Shown here: positions 10,007 through 20,917 of the stretch, one piece after another
How positions within the stretch are numbered: position 1 is the first letter of the stretch
Layout of the letters: the number at the start of each line of letters is the position of its first letter
Source: a virus
Direction: 5' to 3' (one strand)
Length of the DNA: 64,000 bases
IMG/VR virus record: IMGVR_UViG_3300035682_001186
Location: 1 to 64,000 of that record
Notes under the pieces: model-generated
What the model saw: the letters and a program-made list of their open reading frames with translations, nothing else
Database searches by the model: none
Told to the model about the DNA's origin: nothing
Made by a program: the position numbers and the translations under genes

Positions 10007-10528
10007 TTAAACTGTAGGTAACAATAGTATTGGATATAGTCCAGGTGGTGTTAATGAACCAGGTTGTGGAGCGGCATTAGCAGCAACAAAACTTGGATAG
10101 TATGCATCACCCAACTCTAAATTCACTGATGTAACTGGGCTATTAGTAATATTTCCTTGATCGGCAAAAGCCACACAGTATTCATTTGTAACAACAGCAA
10201 GAATAACATTTGCACTTGCCGCGTCTGTTCCAACAATTGTCATTTGACCAGCTGATACTGGAGTAAGACTATTGGTTACATAACAAATTCCTTGTTGTTC
10301 TGGATTTGCAACGTTAGCCACTAGATACTTATATGTACCTTTTTGACGAACAATATAACTTGCTCCGCTGGCATATTGACTAGGAGCATATTCAATATTA
10401 GCGGTAACTTCCAATGTATTAATAGTGGCTACATCACCACCAACGATACCAATATTACCGATTTCTGTCTGATTTGATATACCAATGTCAACAGTAGTTG
10501 TTTTTGCGATTTTTAGTGGGCGACCCAT
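10007..10528 (-). CDS. Putative virion structural protein
   Basis: MGRPLK N-terminus, beta-rich, own GATAAATA (10571-10578) and AAGGA SD. Confidence 0.65.
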   Translation of the reverse strand: MGRPLKIAKTTTVDIGISNQTEIGNIGIVGGDVATINTLEVTANIEYAPSQYASGASYIVRQKGTYKYLVANVANPEQQGICYVTNSLTPVSAGQMTIVGTDAASANVILAVVTNEYCVAFADQGNITNSPVTSVNLELGDAYYPSFVAANAAPQPGSLTPPGLYPILLLPTV

Positions 10529-10595
10529 GTTATTTTCCTTATGAATTATAGAGTGTTACTCTGTTATATATATTTATCATTTTGAACCAAAATTA

Positions 10596-11348
10596 CTAGT
10601 TCATGTTTGTAAATTTAGGAGTCATGAAAACCCATGTCATGGTACTAGGTCTAGACTCACAACATAGTAACATTTTATCACTATCACATAAATCAAAAAG
10701 AATGTCAATATAAGGATTTTTAGCACTTTGAGATATAGGATAAACATCATGAGTATCTTTAAATCTTTCTATAATTAAATCTGTAGTCCCAGATATATTA
10801 CAATCATGACTTTCTACAATAACTGTAGATTTAATTAACTCTGGAATCAAATCAAAATCTAATAAAACTCGCTCATGACCTTCTACATCCATTATAATAA
10901 AAGGTCGTTCGCTTTTTTCTAAATAACTACGTATATTTTCAACAGAACAATCTGTATTAAATTGTACATTGTTTATATTATTTTTATTGGCATTTTCTCT
11001 ACAAATAGAGATTGCCGTAGAGTTAATATCAAATAATACACATAATGTATTAGGAAGATTTCTTGCTATTCCCAATCCATAATATCCTTCCGCACACCCA
11101 ATATTGAGAACAACATCAAAATTTTTAACTTTTGTTAACTGATCAATAACAGGATATAATTCATTTTCATAAATTCCTAATAACTTACCAGCCGTATCAC
11201 CATCACCCCAACTAAATTTACGAACAATAGACATTCCAGTAAAGGGACCTTGATAAACTTTACCATTAGTTCTTTCGTAAATAATATCTAACAACTCAGT
11301 CTTACGTTGCCAACCCCATTGAATATAATTGTTTAATGCTTCGCTCAT
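10596..11348 (-). CDS. SAM-dependent methyltransferase (FkbM-like)
   Basis: VLNIGCAEGYY motif I, IMDVEGHE, IVESH; likely start ATG 11348 (ATGA overlap). Confidence 0.8.
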   Translation of the reverse strand: MSEALNNYIQWGWQRKTELLDIIYERTNGKVYQGPFTGMSIVRKFSWGDGDTAGKLLGIYENELYPVIDQLTKVKNFDVVLNIGCAEGYYGLGIARNLPNTLCVLFDINSTAISICRENANKNNINNVQFNTDCSVENIRSYLEKSERPFIIMDVEGHERVLLDFDLIPELIKSTVIVESHDCNISGTTDLIIERFKDTHDVYPISQSAKNPYIDILFDLCDSDKMLLCCESRPSTMTWVFMTPKFTNMN

Positions 11349-12226
11349 TGTACTAACTCCACCCAATATTTAATTACATTAGACCAATCATATAGTTTGG
11401 CATGTTTTTGTGTTTCCAGACATTTTTTACGATATTCTTCTGGATTATCTTTATAATATGTTAATAATTGTTCTGTTTCATTTAAGAAATGTTTTTCATC
11501 TATTGATACTGTATGACCAGTATTACCTGATTTAGATAACCATATTCCCACTGGTGTACTAATTACTAATTTACCAGCAGCACTGGCTTCTAATGCTGGT
11601 AAACCTGCTCCCTCTTCTGTACTAGCAATAATTACAGCATCAACTGTTTTATAATAACCTTGCATAGTTACATAATTGTTATGATATGTTACCGCTGGTT
11701 TAAGATCAAGATTAGTTCTTTGTGAAACTTCTTCAATTAACCAATAACGCTTGATATCTTTATGAATAGCATTATCACTAATAGTTCCGGAATAACCAAT
11801 AGTTTTTAATTCTATACTTGGCTCACTAACAAATGATTCATAGTTAATACCAATTGGAACTACCATTGGAACTCTATCAATATTAAGTAATATACTTTGT
11901 TCAAGTAACCAATCACTAACTACACCATAATTATGTAAACGTTTTCTATTATCTGGAGAAAATATATTTAAATGATGTAAGTCACGAACTGCATGTGCTA
12001 CTACTATACATTTTTCTGGGACAATACCAAATTTGTCAATCAATAAAGAAATACCATAAGGATTAGCAACAAAGTAATCAATATTGTCGCTTAATTCCTG
12101 AATTTCTTGTTTATTATAATTTATATTCCATGATAGAACAGTAGCGTTGACTTCATGTTCAAATAGATACTTAGTTAATTCATAATGAATTACACCGAAA
12201 GCCCATTCAGGCTCGGTGTAAAACAC
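11345..12226 (-). CDS. GT-B (GT4-like) glycosyltransferase; start ambiguous at A9 tract
   Basis: STEEGAGLPALEASAAGKLVISTPVG (EX7E); YDW C-terminal helix. Confidence 0.85.
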   Translation of the reverse strand: MFYTEPEWAFGVIHYELTKYLFEHEVNATVLSWNINYNKQEIQELSDNIDYFVANPYGISLLIDKFGIVPEKCIVVAHAVRDLHHLNIFSPDNRKRLHNYGVVSDWLLEQSILLNIDRVPMVVPIGINYESFVSEPSIELKTIGYSGTISDNAIHKDIKRYWLIEEVSQRTNLDLKPAVTYHNNYVTMQGYYKTVDAVIIASTEEGAGLPALEASAAGKLVISTPVGIWLSKSGNTGHTVSIDEKHFLNETEQLLTYYKDNPEEYRKKCLETQKHAKLYDWSNVIKYWVELVQ

Positions 12227-13386
12227 TATTCTTTTTTTTTACTTTCATCTACTCTGAGATGTTCAAGATGTGTAGGATATGCTTTGTATAACCAATCAAG
12301 ATTTTCTCTTTCTGGATGATCTTGATACCAACCTTTTCCTTCATGAACATCTAATACCATTTGAAAATATTCTTCATACATTGGTGCAACTTTATCTAGT
12401 GTAAAGTTCTCGGCATAATCACGACAATTACGTGGATCAATTTTATCAATGTTTTTGGCTGCCCAAACAAATTGATCAAATGTACGACAACGATATCCAG
12501 TTACACCATGAATATTGTTTTCAACAAATGAACCCCAATCACATGTGATTGTTGGTGTTCCAGACATAAGTAATTCAACTTGAACTCCACCAAACGGTTC
12601 TATATATTGACTAGCAATAAAAGCACCTTTGGCATTAGACATTAAATCTTTACGTTTTTCAACGTCAGCATATCCAACAAATTCTACATGTGGCGGGAAT
12701 GTACGACCCTCAGGATTTTGACCCGCAATAATCAATTTAGCACCAATTTCACCTGCTACTTGAACTGCAATATCAACACCTTTGCCACTATATACTCGAC
12801 CTAAGAATAAGAAGTAATCTTGTTTCTTTTCTTTAAATTCAAAGTCATCTGGATCAAAGTAATTAGGTATAACTACATCATACCAATCTTGCTTACATGT
12901 ACCAACTGCATCAAGACCATAATAGGCATGATAGATAGCATAACTTTCAAAAATCTTCCAACGTGCCCAATGACCGCCTGCATATCCAATACCTGGTTCT
13001 ACACAAATCAAATCTGGATGAGCATCACATACTGGTCTTGTACCAGAACCCCAAAATGGTAAAATAAAATCATTTGGTTGTTTACGTTTACCCACTTCTT
13101 CAATGGCATTTTTAAAGAATGTTTGATAAGCATGATCACCCATATCATACGTGAAGAAGTTTGTTCTCCAATCATAATCACCATAAGCGATTTTAAAATC
13201 TTCATTAGTTAGTACTGACACATGTTCAGTACATATTAAATCACTATCTTCATGACCATAGTGAATAACTGTATGACCACGTTCAGTCATCATTTTACCA
13301 AACTTAACTACTTTTTGTGTATAGGCACAAGCGTTAAATTCTTTACTACTTACCGTGTGCGGTAATCCTAAGATATGAAAGCGCAT
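12226..13386 (-). CDS. GT4 glycosyltransferase
   Basis: [28 protein letters not shown] (EX7E). Confidence 0.9.
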   Translation of the reverse strand: MRFHILGLPHTVSSKEFNACAYTQKVVKFGKMMTERGHTVIHYGHEDSDLICTEHVSVLTNEDFKIAYGDYDWRTNFFTYDMGDHAYQTFFKNAIEEVGKRKQPNDFILPFWGSGTRPVCDAHPDLICVEPGIGYAGGHWARWKIFESYAIYHAYYGLDAVGTCKQDWYDVVIPNYFDPDDFEFKEKKQDYFLFLGRVYSGKGVDIAVQVAGEIGAKLIIAGQNPEGRTFPPHVEFVGYADVEKRKDLMSNAKGAFIASQYIEPFGGVQVELLMSGTPTITCDWGSFVENNIHGVTGYRCRTFDQFVWAAKNIDKIDPRNCRDYAENFTLDKVAPMYEEYFQMVLDVHEGKGWYQDHPERENLDWLYKAYPTHLEHLRVDESKKKE

Positions 13387-14190
13387 TTATTTTAGTCCCA
13401 TTTTTTTACGAATTTGTGTACCACTAATACTAGTAATGTTTTCATCAAAATATTCTTCACCACTAGTATATCCAACACCACGACCCCAACCAATATGTAC
13501 AATATTTGGAACAACTTGTATTTCATATTGACCCTGATATAATGGATCTAAATCTTTACGAATAAAGTTTTTAACTTGAGTAACTGCAAATGGATTACTA
13601 TCATTCCAACCCTGTACATCACGAATTTGAATTACTACTTGACCAGATTTTTCTAACAATCTTTCAAATAAGGCACGATGACCTTCATGCCATGGTTGCC
13701 AACGACCTAACATTTGTACTGTTTCTTTTTTCCAATCAAATACTGGTCTACGTTGATTATTTAAAATTTTCAAAGCAATATATTCACACCATTTGTTGGC
13801 ATCTTGTTCAGTAACTCTAAAATCATAAATTTCAGGTTGAATAAAAACTTTGTTAGTATCTTCAAACCGACCTTGTTCAATAGTATCTACCCAAATAGTC
13901 CAATCAGCTTTAAAGTTATTACGCATTTCTACTAATGGTGCAACGAAATCACAAATAACATAATCGGCAGTTGACTTTTCAGCCAATTCTGCCATACGTA
14001 AACTTTGACGAATACGACCTGTTTCAGTGAAATCCCAATCGTTAAACTTTTTTCTAACATCATCAGCATTAAACCATTCTACAGTAATGCCCATGCCTTC
14101 ATATTTAATATCCTGAAGATAATTCTTGAGTGATATTGCCAATGTAGTTTTACCTGCACCAGGCAATCCCATAATTAATATCTTTTTCAT
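13387..14190 (-). CDS. APS kinase (CysC-like) fused to HIGH-type nucleotidyltransferase domain
   Basis: GLPGAGKTT, NADDVRK, DFVAP in N-half; GRWQPWHEGH and SISGTQIRK in C-half. Confidence 0.8.
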   Translation of the reverse strand: MKKILIMGLPGAGKTTLAISLKNYLQDIKYEGMGITVEWFNADDVRKKFNDWDFTETGRIRQSLRMAELAEKSTADYVICDFVAPLVEMRNNFKADWTIWVDTIEQGRFEDTNKVFIQPEIYDFRVTEQDANKWCEYIALKILNNQRRPVFDWKKETVQMLGRWQPWHEGHRALFERLLEKSGQVVIQIRDVQGWNDSNPFAVTQVKNFIRKDLDPLYQGQYEIQVVPNIVHIGWGRGVGYTSGEEYFDENITSISGTQIRKKMGLK

Positions 14191-14204
14191 GTTAGACCTT
14201 TTGA

Positions 14205-14426
14205 TTATTCTGATGGTTGATCTGTTTGTTTTGCGGCGTCAATAGCGGTCAATTGTTGATTAGTTTGATCAACAATAACTTGTCTTAATGGCCAGACACC
14301 AGTTTCAGTTGGTAATTTACCAAGTGCATTAACAACTGCATTAATTTGTTCAAAATTCAATACTAATTGAATAATAACTGGGTCTGGTTGTTGTGATACT
14401 TCTGGTTGTTGTGTTTGTTCTGTCAT
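14205..14426 (-). CDS. Small helical hypothetical protein
   Basis: 73 aa, AGGA SD, same strand as operon. Confidence 0.7.
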   Translation of the reverse strand: MTEQTQQPEVSQQPDPVIIQLVLNFEQINAVVNALGKLPTETGVWPLRQVIVDQTNQQLTAIDAAKQTDQPSE

Positions 14427-14435
14427 GATGTTTCC

Positions 14436-15335
14436 TTAAAGTTGTTTGTTTAATCTAGGTAACGATTTTGTTACAGTTGATTGTTGTCTGACGATATTAT
14501 TTATATCGCTTGAATTGATCCAATTTAATTGTTTACGTAAATCATCAAACCCATCCTTCCAAAAAGTAGATGATGAATATTGATGCCATAAATCATTTGG
14601 TAAAATTGGTCTACGTTGTTTAAATTCTACACGCTTTCTGACTTTATGTAATCCTTCAATCTTGACACCAACATCAAATTCATCATATGAATCTTCTACA
14701 TTATTAAAATCATGTTCAAACCATGATTCTCCAAGAAAATTATAAATCTTCTTCATAACTATTAATGGATTTTTAACCAAATCATCATATTCAACATAAC
14801 AAATTTGATCACGTTCATTACAAAATAATGATTGTTTAACATTTGCTAATGGCCCAGCAACATATCCAGTAAAATTAGGTAAATTACCCATTAACATATT
14901 AGTTCGTTCATATACAGATAAATTCGGTTGATGATGATATAATGCTTTAACTGTATATGGATTCTTAGCATTCAATTGTTCAAAACTATCTAAAATCCAT
15001 GGTATTTCTCTAATACATATAATCATTTTAAAATCTGGATATAAATCTTTTAATAATGATGTGGCTCCAGACCAACCACGATTCGTATTAAAACAAACTT
15101 CATTACTTTCATTATAAAATGTATCAAATATATTTCTAATAATTTCTTTACGTTTTTCAATTGTAATAGTAGTATCTATTCCAACAGATGTATTAGTAGA
15201 ATCTATAATTGCAGTTGCATATCCTTGTATTACATCACTGATACCAGCAGTAAATCTAGGATTTTGTTTTAAAATTGCACTTAATAGTGTTGTTCCACTA
15301 CGAGGCAATCCAGATATGAAATTATATTTTCTCAT
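14436..15335 (-). CDS. Sulfotransferase
   Basis: ISGLPRSGTTLL 5'-PSB loop; IICIRE...S 3'-PB; VEYDDLV...P...MKKIYNFLG. Confidence 0.9.
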   Translation of the reverse strand: MRKYNFISGLPRSGTTLLSAILKQNPRFTAGISDVIQGYATAIIDSTNTSVGIDTTITIEKRKEIIRNIFDTFYNESNEVCFNTNRGWSGATSLLKDLYPDFKMIICIREIPWILDSFEQLNAKNPYTVKALYHHQPNLSVYERTNMLMGNLPNFTGYVAGPLANVKQSLFCNERDQICYVEYDDLVKNPLIVMKKIYNFLGESWFEHDFNNVEDSYDEFDVGVKIEGLHKVRKRVEFKQRRPILPNDLWHQYSSSTFWKDGFDDLRKQLNWINSSDINNIVRQQSTVTKSLPRLNKQL

Positions 15336-17029
15336 TATTTACTAATTAGTTTTCCAATTTCTGGCAAATACAAATAATTAATATCACTATTCAGAATAGT
15401 TACAAAAGCATCAACTAAACTTTCTACTAATGGTTGACCAGCTAAATTAAAACTTGTATTCATTACCATTGGAATTTGTGTTCTATTATAAAATGCTTCA
15501 ATCAAACGATAGTAATGTAAATTTTGTGCTTCAGTAACAGTTTGAACACGACATGTATTATCTACATGACATACGGCAGGAATTTCATTTACTTTATCTG
15601 GCCAAACATTAACTGCATACATCATAAATGGACTTGATTTCATTCCAGCCATATCAAACCATGTTGAAGCATGTTCTTCCATAACACTACCAGCAAATGG
15701 TCTAAACCATTCTCTACGTTTAACTTGATTAACAAAATCTTTACCATCTACTCTACGTGGATCAAATAATATTGAACGATTACCTAATGCTCTTGGTCCA
15801 GCTTCCGCGGCCCCTTGAAATAAAGCAACAATATTACCATCATCAATCAATTGTGCTACAGTATCATATGTTACATCTGATACTTTAAGATTTGGTACTT
15901 GTTGTAATAAATTATCTAACTGATCATAGTTTGGATGTACACCAAGATATACACTAGTTAACTCTCTTAATTGTACTTCATTTGAGTGATTATGCCAAGC
16001 ATATTTGGCTAAACCAATAGCAGTTCCACCATCATGTGCAATTGGATCAATATAGAAATTAATATCGGGAAAATGTTTAACATACTTATAATTGGCCACA
16101 CAGTTTAAACCAAATCCACCACTAATAATAATATTACGTTCACCAGTAATATCAATTGCCTTTTCAATAAGAGCAATCATTTGTTCTTCAGTTTGTCTTT
16201 GAATCTTATATGCCAAATTCTTATCAATATCACGACATAATGAAAAATCATTATGCCATTCTTTTGGATCATTAAATCGTTTTAAGTATGGATTATGATT
16301 CTCGTCAATATGTGCACCAGCAGGATATCTAGGAATCAATAAGTTCTTATTACCTTTTCCATTAATAAAGAAATCTGGAATATCTACATCTTCTGTACCA
16401 TATGGACTTAGACCCATAGTTTTACCAGCTTCAATAAATCCAAAACCAAGATAATCTGATACGGCCTCATAGGCTTTAGTAATGGTTACAGTATTATCAA
16501 ACTCTTGTATACCATTATCATAGTACATGGCATTACCATCGCTATAACGCTTGTATACAGCGTTAAACTCATGTGGATATGAACAGTAGTAAATTGATTC
16601 AGTTTCGTATCCAGATGCAATTGGACCATTTTCTCCAATTTGTTCTTGATGTACTGAACCAGCACCATCTACAATTACGGCTGCAGCAGTATCAAAACCA
16701 CTACTATAAAAACTGGCACTAGCATGACCCAAATGATGTAAATGTCCAAGATTTGTTACTTTAACATTTGGACAACTTTTTCTAACCAATGCTGTATATG
16801 GATCTTCTCCAGTCCATGGTAATTGTGGTAATTGTGAATTAGTACCACCAATAATTAACTCATCAACTACATGATTATTCAATACATGAACAATAGCCTT
16901 AAATGGATTACCATCATATTTACTTCTAGATAGTCGTTCTTCTTCTGTATAGTATACTAATTCACCATCAACTACTAATGCCGCTGATCCATTATGTCCT
17001 GGATTAATTGCTAAAATTGTATATCCCAT
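15335..17029 (-). CDS. O-carbamoyltransferase (CmcH/NodU/TobZ family)
   Basis: GHNGSAAL, EEERLSRSK, HHLGHA, VDGAG, GKTMGLSPYG, GGFGLNCVAN, GPRALGNRS, KRREWFRPFA, NTSFN. Confidence 0.95.
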   Translation of the reverse strand: MGYTILAINPGHNGSAALVVDGELVYYTEEERLSRSKYDGNPFKAIVHVLNNHVVDELIIGGTNSQLPQLPWTGEDPYTALVRKSCPNVKVTNLGHLHHLGHASASFYSSGFDTAAAVIVDGAGSVHQEQIGENGPIASGYETESIYYCSYPHEFNAVYKRYSDGNAMYYDNGIQEFDNTVTITKAYEAVSDYLGFGFIEAGKTMGLSPYGTEDVDIPDFFINGKGNKNLLIPRYPAGAHIDENHNPYLKRFNDPKEWHNDFSLCRDIDKNLAYKIQRQTEEQMIALIEKAIDITGERNIIISGGFGLNCVANYKYVKHFPDINFYIDPIAHDGGTAIGLAKYAWHNHSNEVQLRELTSVYLGVHPNYDQLDNLLQQVPNLKVSDVTYDTVAQLIDDGNIVALFQGAAEAGPRALGNRSILFDPRRVDGKDFVNQVKRREWFRPFAGSVMEEHASTWFDMAGMKSSPFMMYAVNVWPDKVNEIPAVCHVDNTCRVQTVTEAQNLHYYRLIEAFYNRTQIPMVMNTSFNLAGQPLVESLVDAFVTILNSDINYLYLPEIGKLISK

Positions 17030-17961
17030 TATCGTACCTTTTTCTCAATATCTGCAACAATAGTATTAAACATATCGTCTAGTTCTTTTGTTGTAAAATT
17101 AATTGTTCCTTCATTTAATCTATTACTTAAAGTGGCATCTAATCCGGCAATACGTATTGGTGTATATTTTCTAACTTGTTGTGTTTCAATGATTTTAAAA
17201 TAATCTGGATAACTAGTATTGATTGGAAATGTACTACCAAAAATTACAGTACCTGGAGTTCCAACTGCACGAGCCATATGTTGACCTACACTATCACATC
17301 CAATAAAATAATCGGCTTCTTGAACCAATGCACCCCATTGTCTAAGATCACATGTATATTTTTGTGATACTGTATCTTGTTTCAATTGAAAATCTGGTTC
17401 ACCAAAGAAAATAGTATTATATCTCATGGCAATTTTCTTAACAAGATAGAGATAATCTTTCTGACTTAAACTACGTGATTCTTCATCAAATACACCTTGA
17501 CGATTATCTATTTTGGCACCGCGACCAAATGGTTGAAAGATTACTGTTTTTTGTTTTTTCTGTGCAGCTTTCAAATCTTCAAGTGTATTCTTTGCTACCA
17601 TAACTTCTTGTTGATTAAATTTAAGAACTGGTATACCTAAATCACTATGATCTTTAGTATTATTAATTTCTCTATCAAATCCTTCTACTAAACTAATCTC
17701 TTGTCTAAAATAAGCTGGACAACGATATGGTTCTGGTGTAATAATTTGATCTGCATTTTTAATTACATTGTCAAATACACCTTTAGTATCAATTCCATAT
17801 GTTCTGTCTTGTAGTTCTGGAATACCCCAATATAAGAAATCCCATGCGGCTACCATAACTGCCCAATCAACATCTGGATTTAATTTACCAAATTTAATAA
17901 GTGCTGGAATTGCTGCAATTGCACGACCAGCACCACCATCAATCCAAAATATCTTTTTCAT
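17029..17961 (-). CDS. GT9-like (heptosyltransferase-like) glycosyltransferase
   Basis: DGGAGRAIAAIPAL N-terminus; FIGCDSVGQHMARAVGTPGTVIFG. Confidence 0.75.
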   Translation of the reverse strand: MKKIFWIDGGAGRAIAAIPALIKFGKLNPDVDWAVMVAAWDFLYWGIPELQDRTYGIDTKGVFDNVIKNADQIITPEPYRCPAYFRQEISLVEGFDREINNTKDHSDLGIPVLKFNQQEVMVAKNTLEDLKAAQKKQKTVIFQPFGRGAKIDNRQGVFDEESRSLSQKDYLYLVKKIAMRYNTIFFGEPDFQLKQDTVSQKYTCDLRQWGALVQEADYFIGCDSVGQHMARAVGTPGTVIFGSTFPINTSYPDYFKIIETQQVRKYTPIRIAGLDATLSNRLNEGTINFTTKELDDMFNTIVADIEKKVR

Positions 17962-18024
17962 TGTTTAACTCTCTTATAATAAAACTTACTATTATTTACA
18001 TCATAACAATGACATTCAAATATT

Positions 18025-19416
18025 TTATTTGTACCAAAACCAAACATTAGATTGTGTAAATCTGATCTCATTAGTAATATTATTCTTTTGTCTAAACTCA
18101 TTAACTGCTTGATTTACTGCTGGTAAATTCCAATCATGACCAGCAAATATACCACCTGTTTTGACTTTATCCCAATAATTATCTAAATCTCTAACTACTG
18201 CTGAATAACTATGATCACCATCAATAAAGATATAATCTAAACTTTGATCTGGTATATAGGATGCTGCCGTAGTAGCATCCATTTCTAATAATTCTATTTT
18301 ATCCATATATGGATTTAATAGATTCATAGCATATTCACGCCATTGATCTACCATTGATTGTGTAACTGGTCCCCACCAATCCATATATGGTGTCCAACTA
18401 TCAATAGCATATACTTTACTAATCTCTGGTGCCAAATCAAAGAAATGTCTAAGAGTATATCCTTTACAAACACCTAATTCACATCCGATAAGATCAGTAC
18501 CTAACTCTTTGATATATGATAGTAAACCATATGCCGATACGTCTTTCAATGATACTATACTATTTCCATCTCTAACTGATAATAAAGTTTTAATCATTTC
18601 AGTTATTGTACTATTTTCTAATAAATATTTTTGAACAATTGGTTGAGGTTGTCCACCTACTAGTAACAGATTTGATAAATCTGATCCCCATTTTTCAATG
18701 AATCTATCAAAATATATTTTGTCTCTTTGTTTAGTTTCATCAGAGGTTTCACCACTGTCCCATAATGATTTACCTTGAAAATGTAATAGATATGATTGTG
18801 TAGTATATTTGACATTGAATCCTAATTGAATTGCACGAATTCTATAATCAACATCTTCACCACCACCTACACCAAAACTTTCATCAAATAATCCTATCTT
18901 AGAATATATCTCATAAGGTAATCTAAATGCATAAAATGGCATTAATAATCTTTCATAAAATCCAGCTGGATTAAGTTGTTTATGTCGTCTAACAATATCA
19001 CTTAAAGTATAAAAATTATTATCAAATTGATTCATTGACATTGAATTTGTCAATGTTAATTGATCTGTAGTATATTCATGTGTTTGATTACAACTAGATA
19101 TAACAATAACATTATTATGTTGAGTTAATGGTTGTAACCAATTTTCAGTAAAAACAATATCATTGTTTAGAATAATAAGATCCTTACCATCAGATATACT
19201 AATAATATCATTGATATTTTTGGCAAAACTTTTTGGTTGTTCATTGACAATTACAGTAACATTTGGTCTTTGAGTAGTAACTATCTGATCATTATCAATC
19301 AAGTAAAATACATCATTTGATTTTAATTTAGTAAATCTAAAAAAACTTGAAATAGCCAAATCAGTATAATGATCAGACTTTTTTGTAGTGATCATTAAAA
19401 ATACTATTGGTCTCAT
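18025..19416 (-). CDS. GT2 glycosyltransferase fused to class I methyltransferase (Methyltransf_24-like)
   Basis: IDN, LNNDI, GLFDESFG..GEDVDY..R (GT2); ELGVCKG, YIFIDGDHSY, GGIFAGHD (MTase). Confidence 0.9.
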   Translation of the reverse strand: MRPIVFLMITTKKSDHYTDLAISSFFRFTKLKSNDVFYLIDNDQIVTTQRPNVTVIVNEQPKSFAKNINDIISISDGKDLIILNNDIVFTENWLQPLTQHNNVIVISSCNQTHEYTTDQLTLTNSMSMNQFDNNFYTLSDIVRRHKQLNPAGFYERLLMPFYAFRLPYEIYSKIGLFDESFGVGGGEDVDYRIRAIQLGFNVKYTTQSYLLHFQGKSLWDSGETSDETKQRDKIYFDRFIEKWGSDLSNLLLVGGQPQPIVQKYLLENSTITEMIKTLLSVRDGNSIVSLKDVSAYGLLSYIKELGTDLIGCELGVCKGYTLRHFFDLAPEISKVYAIDSWTPYMDWWGPVTQSMVDQWREYAMNLLNPYMDKIELLEMDATTAASYIPDQSLDYIFIDGDHSYSAVVRDLDNYWDKVKTGGIFAGHDWNLPAVNQAVNEFRQKNNITNEIRFTQSNVWFWYK

Positions 19417-20213
19417 GATTTATTCCAAAAATCCAATTTCATATCTGTATATAATTTTGTCAATTCTTTACCAATGACTAATTCTGGTTCTGGACTCACT
19501 CGTTCCATTACTGATCTGACATCATGTAATCCATTTAAACCACCATGATAATCATCATTTTCTAACATTGATTGCATATTATTAATATCAACTTGATATG
19601 TTTCTATACCAATAAATTCACAAATTCTATTCATTGTATATTGACTGTTATTAACAATATCATTATATTCAACAATACACATATCAATGTCAAATGAATT
19701 GTATCCCATTCTGAAACTTGTATATGGATGATTGATATATTTTTCCCACAATATACGACAACGATTTTTGTTATTGATTGCTAAATTATTGTCAATTAAA
19801 TCTTGATCTACAAATGTAATTTTATCTGAATTTTTATTAATCAACAAGATGTAAGATGATAGAATTTCTGGTATACTTCTAGCCGTACAGATGATTTTTG
19901 GTTTTGATCCTAATGCATTAATCATTAACTTACCGTGTCTAGGCCATAATCTATTTTTATCAATGATAACAGGTTTGTCTATATGATGATAGGCACCTGC
20001 GATCATACCATTTATAATATTTCCGTATTGATCTGGATGTCTGTTGACATATGCAGCTGAAATATTATTCCAATTATTGTCAATGATTTCTATTAAATCA
20101 ATAACTGGACTAGTAGTACTGGAATGAATTAATGGATGTTGATTTAATAACGATCCTAGAACAGAACTTCCTGATCTGGGAATTCCGGACATCATAATAA
20201 ATTGTTTATTCAT
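19413..20213 (-). CDS. Sulfotransferase
   Basis: SGIPRSGSSVL, IDKNRLW, IICTARS..EILSS. Confidence 0.88.
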   Translation of the reverse strand: MNKQFIMMSGIPRSGSSVLGSLLNQHPLIHSSTTSPVIDLIEIIDNNWNNISAAYVNRHPDQYGNIINGMIAGAYHHIDKPVIIDKNRLWPRHGKLMINALGSKPKIICTARSIPEILSSYILLINKNSDKITFVDQDLIDNNLAINNKNRCRILWEKYINHPYTSFRMGYNSFDIDMCIVEYNDIVNNSQYTMNRICEFIGIETYQVDINNMQSMLENDDYHGGLNGLHDVRSVMERVSPEPELVIGKELTKLYTDMKLDFWNKS

Positions 20214-20917
20214 AATTGTTTTTTCATTACTGGTAAGATTGGTTTAGTAATGTGAACTGTTTTATTATACCATTTTTCAAAGTCACCTGTAAACTTATAT
20301 GGACCAATATGATTACAAGTGATTTCTTGATCTAACCAAATTTTAAATCCACCATCTTTAAGTTTATTAAATGCATGAATATCTTCACTAATCATTTGAT
20401 CTACACCGGCGACATTTTGAATCACAACATCAAATATCATTCTACGTTCTTTGTCGTCTTTTGGATCCATATATGATTTACTTACGTCCCATAAATGTTG
20501 CATGGCAACTTTACTAAATTTTACAAACCCAGTACCAAGACCATCAACTTCAATTAATTTAGTTATTGGATCTCGTGGTTTCTTCTGTAATTGTCTAACA
20601 ACATATTCTTCTTTATCACCTTTTTTGCGATAGGTACCACCTACTACATCAACTGGATAATCTAATAGTTTGAAAAATTGTTCTGGTTGCCATTCAATGT
20701 CACTATCAATCCAAACTAAATCATCTACATTAGATTCTAAGGCAACATGAATAGTATCATTACGTGCACGTTGAAGTAATGCATCAAAACTTACCCACAT
20801 AGGTATAATTTCAATATCACGTTTAATAGCCATTTTAATAGTGTTCATTAAAGCATTGACATACCAAACATCAATTCTACCATCATAACATGGTGTGCCA
20901 ATCATTACTTTACGCAT
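20210..20917 (-). CDS. GT-A fold glycosyltransferase
   Basis: IGTPCY, QRARN, WIDSDI (DxD), GTGF, SEDI..F, HIG. Confidence 0.82.
   Translation of the reverse strand: MRKVMIGTPCYDGRIDVWYVNALMNTIKMAIKRDIEIIPMWVSFDALLQRARNDTIHVALESNVDDLVWIDSDIEWQPEQFFKLLDYPVDVVGGTYRKKGDKEEYVVRQLQKKPRDPITKLIEVDGLGTGFVKFSKVAMQHLWDVSKSYMDPKDDKERRMIFDVVIQNVAGVDQMISEDIHAFNKLKDGGFKIWLDQEITCNHIGPYKFTGDFEKWYNKTVHITKPILPVMKKQL

Noticed and set aside
15335-17029. Carbamoyltransferase and GTs as a DNA hypermodification pathway
   Set aside because: Not excluded but disfavoured: no dCMP/dUMP hydroxymethylase or TET/JBP gene nearby, and the context is late virion genes
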